DNA of 64,000 nucleotides from an uncultured bacterium (GTDB lineage Bacteria; Bacteroidota; Rhodothermia; Balneolales; DATFMH01): assembly GCA_963783355.1 (NCBI GenBank), contig CAWANF010000007.1, forward strand, positions 156,192 through 220,191. Reading direction: 5' to 3'. The notes below the pieces were generated by a model. It worked only from the letters and a program-made list of their open reading frames with translations. It was not told the origin of the DNA and made no database searches. The position numbers were made by a program, and so were the translations under genes. Positions 17,896-28,233 of this stretch are shown here, piece by piece (the stretch's first letter is position 1; each line of letters starts with the position of its first letter).

Positions 17896-20658
17896 GTGGT
17901 TTGGCGTCCGGTTACAACATATTGCATTAGCAAGAGGTACCGGTACATAATTGTCCTTATGATGGTGCTGTGTTTTACATTGCCTTCTCTTGTTCAGGCA
18001 CAAGTTATTGACAGCACGAGAGTTAACCAACAACGCAGAATGTCTGAACAAGAAGCTCATAACCGCCTGTCCGGCAATGTTCAGCAGATGCCACAACAGG
18101 GAGGACAACAAAAAAAGGAAGACAAAAACAAGATCCACTTCACTGCTAACGATTCCCTGGTTTTTGACTTTTCCAAACAACGTATTGCCACTCTATTCGG
18201 GACGGCCAAAGTAGAACAAAGCCAGGGTTCATTAAGTGCGGGAAAGATTGCTCTTAATCTTGATGCTCATACGATGAGTGCCGCCGCCGGGAATACACAA
18301 GACACCCTGTCACATCCCGTTCTTACCCGGGGAAATGAAACCGTTCGAAGTGATAAAATCATTTTTAATTATCAAACAGGGCGGGGTAAATTTAATGTCG
18401 CAAGGGTAAAAGTCTCGCAAGGCAACTTGATTGGTATGCAGGTTAAGAATAAAACACCTCATGTCATTTTTATAAAAAATGCCATCTATTCGACTTGTAA
18501 TTTACCGCATCCGCATTTCTACATAAAAGCGAAACGAATGAAAGTTATTAATGATAAGGAAATATTCTTCACCAATGCCCGGCTTTATATACTGGATATT
18601 CCCTATCCTTTGATACTTCCATTTGGCTATGTACCTGCTAAAATAGATCATAAACAATCCGGATTACTCTCACCGACCTATTCATTTCAACAACAGCAAA
18701 CCCGTGGACTGGGACTCCAGAATCTTGGCTGGTTTCAATATTTTAATGATCATTTGACCGGTTTATTCCGTTTTGGTATTTATACCTCCGGCACGTTTAA
18801 TGCTGATGCCCAGGTTCAATATGCTAAAACTAATAAATACAGCGGATCTATCGAATTAGGTTATTCTGTAGATCGCGGACTTGAACCAACGGATCCGGGA
18901 TATTCACCCAGTGTTCAGAAAAAAGTCAATATATCCCACAATCAGAGACTCTCCCCATATGCCAATCTGAATGCCAGTATTAATTTTGTAACCAGCAATT
19001 ATTATAATCGGAATTCATATAACATTAATGACCGGGCTTCGGTTAGTACCACCTCTCGAATAGCCTATTCCTATAACCAACCTGAAAACCTGTACAACTT
19101 CAACGTCAGCGTTTCACAGAGCCAGAATTTCAGTAACAACAGTGCTTCTTTATCCGGACCATCGATGGGTTTTTCTCTTAGAACGTTATCCCCATTTCAA
19201 TCACAGAACAACCAAAACAATAAATGGTATAACTCCATTTCAATATCATATCAAAATAATTTTAGAAGCCAATTTAGTTATACCCCGTTAGCCGCAGACT
19301 CATCGAAAGTAAATTGGTTCCAGGCCCTTACCCATCCAAGTTTATATCGCAGAGAAACCGGGAAAAAACAATTAATAAACTTCGGTTTCATACAAAACGG
19401 AAGCATATCCATGCAGTTTTTGCCACAAAGCTTTGTACACCTATCCGGTGGGATCAACATGAATGAATACTGGTATCCTGAAACGATTCGCGAACATTAT
19501 AACCCAACAACCAAACAGGTTGAAACGAATTACGTGAAGGGATTTGTTGCAGCTCATCAATTTTCGACCAGTTTATCATTGAATACACGGCTTTATGGTA
19601 TTTGGAACCAGCATATTGGCGATTTGTATGGTTTTCGCCATACGTTAGTACCAACAATATCTTTTAGCTACCAACCTGATTTCAGCAGTCCATTCTGGGG
19701 AGTTTATCGTACTGTTCAAACAGATTCGGCAGGTAATACCTCTAAATATGCCATATTTCAAAATAATGTAATTGGAGGTCCCTCAGCCGGACAAATACAA
19801 AGCGTCTCTTTCAGTCTCAATAACATACTTGAAACCAAACAAGTTAAAAGAGATACCACCGGCGAAAAAAAAGAAAAAGTTATCAAATTGATTGATAACC
19901 TGAGTGCCAGTGCAAGCTATAATTTCGCCGCCAAACATTTTAAACTTTCCAATCTTAATACAAGCTTCAATACCAGTATTATCAATAATGTAAATATCAA
20001 TGCCAATGCCAATTTCAGTTTCTATCAAACGGATTCGACGGGCTCAATAATTGATAAGTACCTTTGGCAAAAGGGGGGCGGAGGCAAATTTATAAGAATG
20101 ACATCATTTTCATTAAATGCCGGTACAAGCCTGCACGGCGGAAAAGGAGGAGGTGCCCGGTTTTCAACACCACAAAACTACTATTATCCCGCTCATTATG
20201 ATCCGTACAACCAAACATGGTTTCACACATTTGATCCGGCTTTTAACACGATGCCCGTCCAGCCATTCAATGTCCCCTGGTCGGTATCTTTATCATTTAG
20301 TTTTTCATGGAACAGAGGCATCAATCGTATCAACCGATCGGCTGTAATAAATGCACAAAGCATTACGATGAATCCGACCCCAAACTGGCAATTAAGCACT
20401 TCCCTCGGTTATGATTTTATCCAGAAGAAACTGACTCCATCACAATTTCGCATATCGCGGCAGTTGCACCTCTGGAACCTTAATTTCACATTCAACCCGT
20501 TTGGGGGATTCAAATATTACCTGTTCAGCCTGACTTTAAACAGCGGACAATTCCAAAGCTTGTTGCAAAAATTACCGCTTCTCAACTATCTGGAACAGAG
20601 CAATTCACCAATCAGCCGGAGTTCTTCAAGTTCATTTGGCTCATTTGGCGGATACTGA
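17896..20658 (+). CDS. lptD: Putative LPS-assembly protein LptD (Bacteroidota type)
   Basis: OstA-like N-domain (ANDSL, YSTCNLPHPHFYI, SGLL.P), large Asn/Ser-rich beta-barrel, RQLHLW near C-terminus; start may be slightly downstream. Confidence 0.85.
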   Translation: MVWRPVTTYCISKRYRYIIVLMMVLCFTLPSLVQAQVIDSTRVNQQRRMSEQEAHNRLSGNVQQMPQQGGQQKKEDKNKIHFTANDSLVFDFSKQRIATLFGTAKVEQSQGSLSAGKIALNLDAHTMSAAAGNTQDTLSHPVLTRGNETVRSDKIIFNYQTGRGKFNVARVKVSQGNLIGMQVKNKTPHVIFIKNAIYSTCNLPHPHFYIKAKRMKVINDKEIFFTNARLYILDIPYPLILPFGYVPAKIDHKQSGLLSPTYSFQQQQTRGLGLQNLGWFQYFNDHLTGLFRFGIYTSGTFNADAQVQYAKTNKYSGSIELGYSVDRGLEPTDPGYSPSVQKKVNISHNQRLSPYANLNASINFVTSNYYNRNSYNINDRASVSTTSRIAYSYNQPENLYNFNVSVSQSQNFSNNSASLSGPSMGFSLRTLSPFQSQNNQNNKWYNSISISYQNNFRSQFSYTPLAADSSKVNWFQALTHPSLYRRETGKKQLINFGFIQNGSISMQFLPQSFVHLSGGINMNEYWYPETIREHYNPTTKQVETNYVKGFVAAHQFSTSLSLNTRLYGIWNQHIGDLYGFRHTLVPTISFSYQPDFSSPFWGVYRTVQTDSAGNTSKYAIFQNNVIGGPSAGQIQSVSFSLNNILETKQVKRDTTGEKKEKVIKLIDNLSASASYNFAAKHFKLSNLNTSFNTSIINNVNINANANFSFYQTDSTGSIIDKYLWQKGGGGKFIRMTSFSLNAGTSLHGGKGGGARFSTPQNYYYPAHYDPYNQTWFHTFDPAFNTMPVQPFNVPWSVSLSFSFSWNRGINRINRSAVINAQSITMNPTPNWQLSTSLGYDFIQKKLTPSQFRISRQLHLWNLNFTFNPFGGFKYYLFSLTLNSGQFQSLLQKLPLLNYLEQSNSPISRSSSSSFGSFGGY

Positions 20659-20665
20659 TATTCAT

Positions 20666-21259
20666 TCATCTGTCGCTTTTTATCATTTTTTGGACATATT
20701 TACCAAGGATATCAAACTCGAGGTTGACTTCATCACCGATTTTTTTGGTTTGAACATTGGTATGCTCAAAAGTATAAGGAATGATTGCAACGATAAATTC
20801 ATGTTCACTTTCTTCCCGGGCAACGGTCAGGCTGATACCATCAATGGCTATGCTTCCACGACCCACAATCAGGTTCGTAAACGATTCCGGATAACGAATT
20901 GTGATAAGCCAGTTCATATCTTCATTAGCTATAGATACGATTTTGCCTGTCGTGTCGACATGGCCCTGAACTATATGTCCGTCAAGTCTTTTATCGAGCG
21001 TCAGAGAGCGTTCAAGATTGATGATATCACCTACTTCCAACAACCCAAAAGAGGTCTTGCGAAGAGTCTCTTCCACAGCCTGTACGGTAAAAGACTGCGC
21101 ATCACGGGAAATCACCGTCTGGCAGACGCCATTCATGCAAATGCTGTCGTCGACTTCCAGTTCCTTACCTAGTTCCGAATCAATGGTCAGTTCAATTCCA
21201 CCACCTGTTTTTTTTATCTCTCTTACTTTCCCGGTTTTTTCTACGATTCCTGTAAACAT
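20666..21259 (-). CDS. ribE: Riboflavin synthase alpha chain
   Basis: MFTGIVE, DSICMNGVCQTV, NLERS, GHIVQGHVD, GSIAIDGISLTV, VNLEFD. Confidence 0.97.
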   Translation of the reverse strand: MFTGIVEKTGKVREIKKTGGGIELTIDSELGKELEVDDSICMNGVCQTVISRDAQSFTVQAVEETLRKTSFGLLEVGDIINLERSLTLDKRLDGHIVQGHVDTTGKIVSIANEDMNWLITIRYPESFTNLIVGRGSIAIDGISLTVAREESEHEFIVAIIPYTFEHTNVQTKKIGDEVNLEFDILGKYVQKMIKSDR

Positions 21260-21279
21260 AATCCTTAAAAATGATTTGA

Positions 21280-22413
21280 TTAGAAATATCCGGTGAATAA
21301 CATGTCATCACCGATTTTTTCCCATGTTGAATTCTTAAATTCGATGATTTCATTCATATGCTTTACCCCCAATCCGAGAACCGAACGGGTACCTCCGCCA
21401 AGCATTTTAGGCGCAACAAACAGATGAAGCTTATCCACAAGATTTTTACGAATAAGCGTACTCGCCAGACTGCTTCCAGCTTCAATCAATATCGATGCCA
21501 GCTCTATTTCAGCTAATTTCTGAAAGGCTTGTTCCAAATCGGAATGCCCTTCATCTTTAGATACCAAAATCGTCTGTCCCCTGAAATAATTTGGTTGTAA
21601 AATACTGAGCATGGGATCAGCAATCTTATCATATCGTTCTTTATTGTGAGTAACAATAATCGTTCGCTCTTCATATTGGTCGGAAAACAGATTTAAATCA
21701 CGTGGCAGCCGATAGTCACCGTCGATGACGATACGATAAGGCTGAGGCCCTTCCACATGCCGGACAGTCAGCCTTGGATTATCGAGCAAAGCCGTATTTC
21801 GGCCTATCATAACAGCATCCGTCTCACCGCGCCATTTGTGAACCAGGGTACGGGCTTCCTTCCCCGTAATCCACTTAGAATCCCCATCGGGAGCAGCAAT
21901 GTATCCGTCCAAAGTCTGGGCAATCTTCAGCGTTACAAATGGACGATGAAATTTTTGATAATGAATAAAGCTTTCATTTAATTTTTGAGATTCCTTATCC
22001 AATAAACCAGTTTCCACTTCTTTGTTTGCTTTTCGTAAAATCTCAATTCCTTTACCATTTACCGCCGGATTTGGATCTACCGATGCTATTACAACCCGTT
22101 TAATCGGCAATTTAGAAAGCTCAATTGCGCATGGAGGCGTTTTACCAAAGTGCGAACACGGTTCCAGAGTCACGTAAACAGTGGAATCAATCAGACCGGC
22201 TTTGTCGGCAACCGATTTCAGGGCATTGATTTCGGCGTGTGGCCCGCCAAAACGTTCATGACATCCACTGCCGATCAGGTCTCCATCTTCTGATATGATA
22301 ACACAACCAACCAATGGATTCGGAGAAACATACCCTTTCCCTTTTTCAGCCAGCTTAAGGGCTTTCTTCATCCATTTTGTGTCTTCCGCGCTAAATGTGA
22401 GTTGTCTGCTCAA
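21280..22413 (-). CDS. ribD: Bifunctional riboflavin deaminase/reductase
   Basis: SPNPLVGCV, HAE, TLEPCSH.GKTPPC, AQTLDG, SKWIT, DNPRLTVR. Confidence 0.96.
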   Translation of the reverse strand: MSRQLTFSAEDTKWMKKALKLAEKGKGYVSPNPLVGCVIISEDGDLIGSGCHERFGGPHAEINALKSVADKAGLIDSTVYVTLEPCSHFGKTPPCAIELSKLPIKRVVIASVDPNPAVNGKGIEILRKANKEVETGLLDKESQKLNESFIHYQKFHRPFVTLKIAQTLDGYIAAPDGDSKWITGKEARTLVHKWRGETDAVMIGRNTALLDNPRLTVRHVEGPQPYRIVIDGDYRLPRDLNLFSDQYEERTIIVTHNKERYDKIADPMLSILQPNYFRGQTILVSKDEGHSDLEQAFQKLAEIELASILIEAGSSLASTLIRKNLVDKLHLFVAPKMLGGGTRSVLGLGVKHMNEIIEFKNSTWEKIGDDMLFTGYF

Positions 22414-22504
22414 GTTAATTTCCGTTTTCTTTAAACTCTTATCTTCGGTTTACAATTTAATGAACCAAAAGAATCAAAAATCAATTTCTCGAATTCAACA
22501 GAAT

Positions 22505-22538
22505 AAAAAAAGGCAGAAACGATCGTTCGTCCTGCCTT
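22505..22538 (-). terminator. Intrinsic terminator after ppiD
   Basis: aaggcag...ctgcctt stem with an A-run on the + strand 5' side. Confidence 0.7.
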
Positions 22539-22562
22539 CTTAAATATTCAAATAAATTACTT

Positions 22563-24353
22563 TTACTGTTTCAGGATGGCCCGGTTATCAACGATTTCAG
22601 CTTCTTTCTTAAGCTCGTTAATCCAGACACTACCGTAGGCAGAACTCTTACCCTGAGACAGTTTCTGAGTAATTTGTTTATAGTCGGCAGGTGGAATTTT
22701 TGAGGCGTCGGCCATTTTCTGCTTCTCAACTTTAATCACATAAATAGCCGATTCACCTTCAATAGGCAACGAAACCTTACCTTCAGGCAAGTTAAATGCG
22801 GCACCTACCACGGCAGGTTCACGTCCGGCTTCTGGTACAACATCAGAAGCGTAATGAACGTCCTGTGCCTCAAAAACTTTCTTATTATTTGCTTTTGCCA
22901 ATCCTGCCAGGGTCGGGTCCTGGTTCAAATCAGCTGCAATTTTCTTTTTCATCATATCCTTCCGTTTTTCGGTACGCAAAACGGAAGTAATTTGGCCCTG
23001 AACTTCATCAAACGGACGAACACCGGCAGGTGTAACTTTTACCATTTGTACTACAAGAAAACGATCCGGCAATTCAATGGTATTTGAAATATCACCTTTT
23101 CCCATCTGGCGTAATTTATCCATCAATTTCAGGCTTTGGCCAATTCCCGGAATAAACGGATTTCCTTTTGATGCCGTCGCTGACAATATTTGTTTATGAT
23201 CGCGAGTTGCTTCCTTCTCAAAACTGCCATCCTGTGAATAATAGCTAAAATCGTCGGCTTGACTAGCCAGTTTATCCAGCGTATTTACGGGATCCGGCTT
23301 AATGTCTTTACCGAAATCAATGAATTTGACTTCAAGTTGCCCTTTGACACGCTTTTCGGCAATTTTCTTTAAAATATGTACCCGGCCGCCAATTTTAATG
23401 ACATTGCTGACTTCGCCGTTCTTCAATTTAAAGACTCCCTGGAACTCATTACGAACTTCAGATTTCTTTAAATATACATTGGTGTAAGGAGTAGCTGATT
23501 CATTATCCTGAAGGAATAAAGAGTCGTTTTTTGCCTGTGCAAACTGCGGTCGAAGTTTATTTACCTCGGCAATAGTATTCACCGTATCCTTTTTTGTCGG
23601 GATCTTTTTCCATTGCACATACCGGAAGTTCCAGGATTCTTTTTGCTGGAATAATTCCGGGTGATTATCATAATAGGTATGCATCTCGGCATTAGACACC
23701 TTAATGGTTGAATCCGGAATTTCTGAATAAGGGAAACGTACATAAGCAAAATTTGCTGTAGAATTTTCCTTTATATATTCCTGCTGTACGGCTGCATCGC
23801 TGACAACCAGCGCTGACTGAACATATTCAGTTAACTTCTGACGTCTCCGTTTTTCACGTAACTCATGCTCAATAGCAATCCATGCTTTGGTGTTTTCCGG
23901 AGCATTAATAGCAGCTTGTAAGGCGACACGATCGAGCGAGCCGTCTTTTTTATGAAATTGTTGAAGAATTAACGGATCCGGATTCTTCCCGGTAACCATG
24001 TCAATGAGTTCTTCATTCGTTACGGTAATACCGAGTTTCTTCATTTTATCCTGAAGAATTCGGTTCAACACTAACTCATTCCATGCCATATCATTGTAAT
24101 AGGCACGCAATTCGTCGGTTGCAGCTTTACCTGTTTGCCGCTGATAATTTTCGATATAGTTGTTAATTAAATTATTGTATTCTTCGATCGTTATCGTTTT
24201 TCCGTTAACACTACCCAAGTTGTGTGGGCCACGCATGATAGTACTAAAAACTTTTGTATCGGCAAGTCCCCATAAGAGACCAAATGAAACGATCAGGATC
24301 CAGAAAATGTACTTCGTACTGGATCGCATTTTTTCCATTACACCCATTGACAA
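22563..24353 (-). CDS. ppiD: PpiD-like periplasmic chaperone (SurA N-terminal and parvulin-like domains)
   Basis: MEKMR...TM, GSVNG..I, LGITVTNEEL, RPFDEV, AEIVDNR end. Confidence 0.85.
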   Translation of the reverse strand: MSMGVMEKMRSSTKYIFWILIVSFGLLWGLADTKVFSTIMRGPHNLGSVNGKTITIEEYNNLINNYIENYQRQTGKAATDELRAYYNDMAWNELVLNRILQDKMKKLGITVTNEELIDMVTGKNPDPLILQQFHKKDGSLDRVALQAAINAPENTKAWIAIEHELREKRRRQKLTEYVQSALVVSDAAVQQEYIKENSTANFAYVRFPYSEIPDSTIKVSNAEMHTYYDNHPELFQQKESWNFRYVQWKKIPTKKDTVNTIAEVNKLRPQFAQAKNDSLFLQDNESATPYTNVYLKKSEVRNEFQGVFKLKNGEVSNVIKIGGRVHILKKIAEKRVKGQLEVKFIDFGKDIKPDPVNTLDKLASQADDFSYYSQDGSFEKEATRDHKQILSATASKGNPFIPGIGQSLKLMDKLRQMGKGDISNTIELPDRFLVVQMVKVTPAGVRPFDEVQGQITSVLRTEKRKDMMKKKIAADLNQDPTLAGLAKANNKKVFEAQDVHYASDVVPEAGREPAVVGAAFNLPEGKVSLPIEGESAIYVIKVEKQKMADASKIPPADYKQITQKLSQGKSSAYGSVWINELKKEAEIVDNRAILKQ

Positions 24354-24538
24354 AACCTCTAAATGGTATATGAAATCTCAGGAAGTTACCTGAAGATGTT
24401 GTTTATTCTATTAATTTTAGTGTATAAAGCCTGAAAATATACAATTTGCCCACGCCAAGAGCAATGTATATCTAGTTAGAATACAGCTTGATTATATAAA
24501 ATATTGCCCAGTTTGGAAACTTTCTACCGGGTATTCGT

Positions 24539-25465
24539 TTAGAATAAGCTGATCTTTACATTTTTCAAATATTTTTGTGGATATTTATCCAAATGTTTGA
24601 CAATCGTCTTTAGGTTAAAAGTCAGGCTGTCCAGGTTATTGTATAAAGACGGATCATTCACAAGCTTTCCAAGTGTTCCCTCTCCAGAATTTATCTTCTT
24701 TAACAGCATATTCATCTGGGTCGAGGTCTCTGTGAGTTGTTTCGATAATTTTTCCAATTGAATGGAACTGCTGTTCAACCGTTCAATCAGAGAATCAATC
24801 CTGGTTTTATTGTTAGTGCTAATGGTATCGGCATTTCCCAGGATATTTTTCAGGTGCCCCAACGACTTTGCGATATCTGAATTCTTATTTTTTATGAGTT
24901 TATTTACGTTATCACTCGTTTGTTTAAGATTAGTGAGGGTAGAGGTCAGGTTGGTATCATTTTTAACGAGAAGGTGGTTAGCATCTCCCACCAGCTTATT
25001 CAATTTATCGGAAAGCTCAGCCACTTTATCACCGATAGACAATCCTTTTTCCTGGAATACACCCATCATACCTTCATCATAAATCCCTTTAATGTAATCA
25101 CCGTTTTGCAAATAATGATTGGACGTGCCCTGTTTGATCACAATCGCTTTACTACCCAAAAGATCCGTAGAGCGAATATAAGCTTTGGAATCGACCGGTA
25201 CTTTTAGGCCGAGACCTACATTTAAACTGACTTGCACACTATCGTTTGATAACAGGCGAATATCTTTTACCGTACCAATATCCACACCGTTCAGGAAAAT
25301 ATTTTTACCCGACGTTAAACCATCAACTTTGGGAAAGTTGCTCACAAAGGTGTTACTATTCCGAAATAATGGAACATCCCTCATAATTCGAAATCCCAGA
25401 ACGCCAACCAGGATGGCTCCAATAACCGTCAGGCCAATTTTTACTTCGTTACTGGAAATCTTCAA
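24539..25465 (-). CDS. mlaD: MCE/MlaD family protein
   Basis: E.KIG TM, GL..G..I..NGV.IG.V, LLGSK, GEGTLGKLVND.SLY. Confidence 0.9.
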   Translation of the reverse strand: MKISSNEVKIGLTVIGAILVGVLGFRIMRDVPLFRNSNTFVSNFPKVDGLTSGKNIFLNGVDIGTVKDIRLLSNDSVQVSLNVGLGLKVPVDSKAYIRSTDLLGSKAIVIKQGTSNHYLQNGDYIKGIYDEGMMGVFQEKGLSIGDKVAELSDKLNKLVGDANHLLVKNDTNLTSTLTNLKQTSDNVNKLIKNKNSDIAKSLGHLKNILGNADTISTNNKTRIDSLIERLNSSSIQLEKLSKQLTETSTQMNMLLKKINSGEGTLGKLVNDPSLYNNLDSLTFNLKTIVKHLDKYPQKYLKNVKISLF

Positions 25466-25503
25466 TGGATAATCTCCTTACTACATTAAGTTTAAATAAT
25501 TAC

Positions 25504-26241
25504 TTACCCGATTTTATATTCGGATGCTTTAATAAAATTTATTAAGCGCTCGTCGTCGGTGGCCCTCATTTCTTCGACCGTACCCGCCCAGGCGATCTCT
25601 TGATCAGCAATAAATGCTGCTTTATCTGATATTTTCAACACACTGTGAATATCGTGAGTTACTACAATTGAAGTAATATCAAGATTTTCTGACATATGAA
25701 TAATTAAGTCATTTATCTCATCAGAAGTTTCCGGATCAAGTCCGGAAGTAGGTTCATCATAAAGAATATACGCAGGTTGCATAACGATTGCCCTTGCCAG
25801 CCCAACACGCTTGCGCATTCCACCTGATAATTCAGCCGTATTTTTTGCACCTATATTTTCTAAATCGACTAATTTCAAACATTCGACTACTTTATGTTCA
25901 ATTTCCTCTTCCGATAAATTGGTAAAATAACGTAACGGGAAAGCGACATTTTCGAACGTGTTAATAGAATCAAACAAAGCGGCACCCTGGAACAAAACCC
26001 CAAAACGCTGGCGGATTTTACGCAGGCCTACATAATCCAGTTTAAATATATCGGCACCGTCAATAATTACAGAACCGAAATCAGGATTCAGCAAGGCATT
26101 GATATGCTTTAGGAGCACAGATTTTCCTGAACCTGATTTACCGATAATGGCCATGGTTTCGCCATCCTCAATTTTCAGATTTACATTATCCCAGATTAAA
26201 TGGTCACCAAAGCTTTTTCTTAAATTTTTTATTTCAATCAT
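25504..26241 (-). CDS. mlaF: ABC transporter ATP-binding protein, MlaF/Mkl type
   Basis: GKSGSGKS, LFQGAALFDS, LSGGMRKRVGLARA, YDEPTSGLDP. Confidence 0.93.
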   Translation of the reverse strand: MIEIKNLRKSFGDHLIWDNVNLKIEDGETMAIIGKSGSGKSVLLKHINALLNPDFGSVIIDGADIFKLDYVGLRKIRQRFGVLFQGAALFDSINTFENVAFPLRYFTNLSEEEIEHKVVECLKLVDLENIGAKNTAELSGGMRKRVGLARAIVMQPAYILYDEPTSGLDPETSDEINDLIIHMSENLDITSIVVTHDIHSVLKISDKAAFIADQEIAWAGTVEEMRATDDERLINFIKASEYKIG

Positions 26242-26251
26242 AGTCGATCCC

Positions 26252-26989
26252 TTACAGTAACAAAGCAGCCAGAATCAGATCAGCCAGCAAAATATAGATA
26301 CAACCCAAAACCGTAGCTTGAGTTGTGCTTTTACCTACGCCCTCGGCACCACCTTGGGCAAAATAACCTTTAAAACAAGCAATAGATGTGATAATGAAAC
26401 CAAATACAATTGCTTTTATGAGTCCAAAGGCTACATCCCAGGCAAAGAAATACTCTCTGGCCCCAACCATAAACTCAGCTATCGGCAGCTTGCCAAATAA
26501 AGACCCGGCTACAAGTCCACCCAAAATACCAGCTGTTGATGCCACAATATATAAAATCGGGAACATCAGAATCCCTGAAGTTATACGCGGAACCACCAAA
26601 AATGATACAGAATTAAATCCCATTGATTCCAGGGCATCAACCTGCTCGGTAACCCTCATCGTTCCCAACTCTGTCGCAATCCGCGCTCCGACACGGCCGG
26701 CCAGCACCAGGCTGCTTACGGCTACAGCCAGTTCAATCAGCAGAGACTGGGTTACAATAGCGCCAATGGTCGTCTTGGGAATGAATGAAGCCTGCAGCTG
26801 ATAGGATGTCTGAATCGTTAAAACAGCCCCGGTAAAAACTCCCGTAAGTAAAATAATCGGGATAGAATCATAACCGGTTTTAATCATCTCCAATAATAAA
26901 TTTTTGCGATAGGTATTGAACTCTGTTGACGAACGAATAGCACGATACAGCAACAGGCAATATTCACCTAAATTCTTAAATAAATCCAT
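26252..26989 (-). CDS. mlaE: ABC permease MlaE family
   Basis: AGRVGA.IATELGTMRVTEQ.DALE.MG, GGAEGVG. Confidence 0.94.
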   Translation of the reverse strand: MDLFKNLGEYCLLLYRAIRSSTEFNTYRKNLLLEMIKTGYDSIPIILLTGVFTGAVLTIQTSYQLQASFIPKTTIGAIVTQSLLIELAVAVSSLVLAGRVGARIATELGTMRVTEQVDALESMGFNSVSFLVVPRITSGILMFPILYIVASTAGILGGLVAGSLFGKLPIAEFMVGAREYFFAWDVAFGLIKAIVFGFIITSIACFKGYFAQGGAEGVGKSTTQATVLGCIYILLADLILAALLL

Positions 26990-27130
26990 TTATGCTTTCC
27001 TGGTGATTCATAAACAAAATCAAGACTCCTAATATAAGGCCTCTTAACGATTTCATACGCATAAAAATTCAGCTATATTATAAAATAATGTTTAATTCTT
27101 ATATATAATGACCTGTCAATTTTCGGTTTA

Positions 27131-28108
27131 GTGAAGAAAACACATTTTCTATTCTTAACGTTTGCCCTTTGTTATTCAACAGTTACGGCGCAAAGCAGTT
27201 TAAATTCTCCGTTTAGATTTTTGGAACTACCTACGTCCGCACGATCCGCCGCCCTGGGCGGACAGGTTGTCTCTCTTCCAAATGGCGATATTTCTATGTT
27301 TCATATCAATCCAGCATACTTAAACGAAGATTTAAATCAAACTGTTTCAGTATCTTATATTAATCATATTTCCGATATAAATATGGCGGCGGTAAACGGG
27401 GCTTATTATTTAAAGGATATAGGAACTTTGGCGGCCGGTTTACGATATATGGGATATGGTTCTTTTACAAAAACCGACGCACAGGGACAAAGTCTCGGTT
27501 CTTTTAATGCTTATGATATGGCGCTGACTTTCGGCATTGGAAGAAAGTATTTAAAAAATCTTTCCTACGGTGCGACTATCGACTTCATACACTCGTCCTA
27601 CGATGTCTATCAGTCTACTGCAATAGCTTTTTCAGCGGGCTTTTTATTTAAAGATCCGGTAAGAGATTTTACTATTGGCGGTGCCATAACCAATTTAGGC
27701 GGGCAGATTAACGCTTTTGACACGAAACGGGAACCTTTGCCTCTTGATATACGATTGGGAATTTCACGCAAACTGGAACATGTACCTTTGCGGCTGAGCA
27801 TCACAGCTCATTCCCTGAACAGCTGGAATCTGATGACAATAACGGATACTAAGAAACCAAATATAGCAACTGATATATTTCGGCATATTGAATTGGGAGG
27901 CGAATTTCTTTTAAGCGACAATGTTGAATTTCGTTTGGGTTACAACCGTTATCAGCATGAAGAATTGAAAACATCCAGTCGTCTTGATTTTGCCGGCACT
28001 AGCATCGGACTCGGAATTCACATCCATAAATATCAGTTTGATATCAGCCGGAATTCATTCAGCCAGTCGGGTGGTTATCTTCAAATAAATCTTCGCACAT
28101 CCTTCTGA
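27131..28108 (+). CDS. porQ: Type IX secretion system outer-membrane protein PorQ
   Basis: FL.LP.SAR.AALGG, NPA.L, E.LP.D...G.S..LEHVP.R.S.T, FRLGYN; GTG start. Confidence 0.85.
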   Translation: MKKTHFLFLTFALCYSTVTAQSSLNSPFRFLELPTSARSAALGGQVVSLPNGDISMFHINPAYLNEDLNQTVSVSYINHISDINMAAVNGAYYLKDIGTLAAGLRYMGYGSFTKTDAQGQSLGSFNAYDMALTFGIGRKYLKNLSYGATIDFIHSSYDVYQSTAIAFSAGFLFKDPVRDFTIGGAITNLGGQINAFDTKREPLPLDIRLGISRKLEHVPLRLSITAHSLNSWNLMTITDTKKPNIATDIFRHIELGGEFLLSDNVEFRLGYNRYQHEELKTSSRLDFAGTSIGLGIHIHKYQFDISRNSFSQSGGYLQINLRTSF

Positions 28109-28233
28109 AAAGCTACTGTCTACTACGATAAAATATTAAAAATTACAGGAAAGAATTGCCCCGGCCTGCTATCTTTTATTTATCTTTGGGTTACGAGCCA
28201 TAATTAATTGACACCAAACCGGTTTTCATTTTT

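Noticed and set aside
20636..21172. 178-aa plus-strand ORF
   Set aside because: Antisense shadow of riboflavin synthase
28181..28188. Bacteroidota-type TAnnTTTG promoter elements (also 42309-42316)
   Set aside because: Short matches in AT-rich DNA; plausible but not supportable without TSS data
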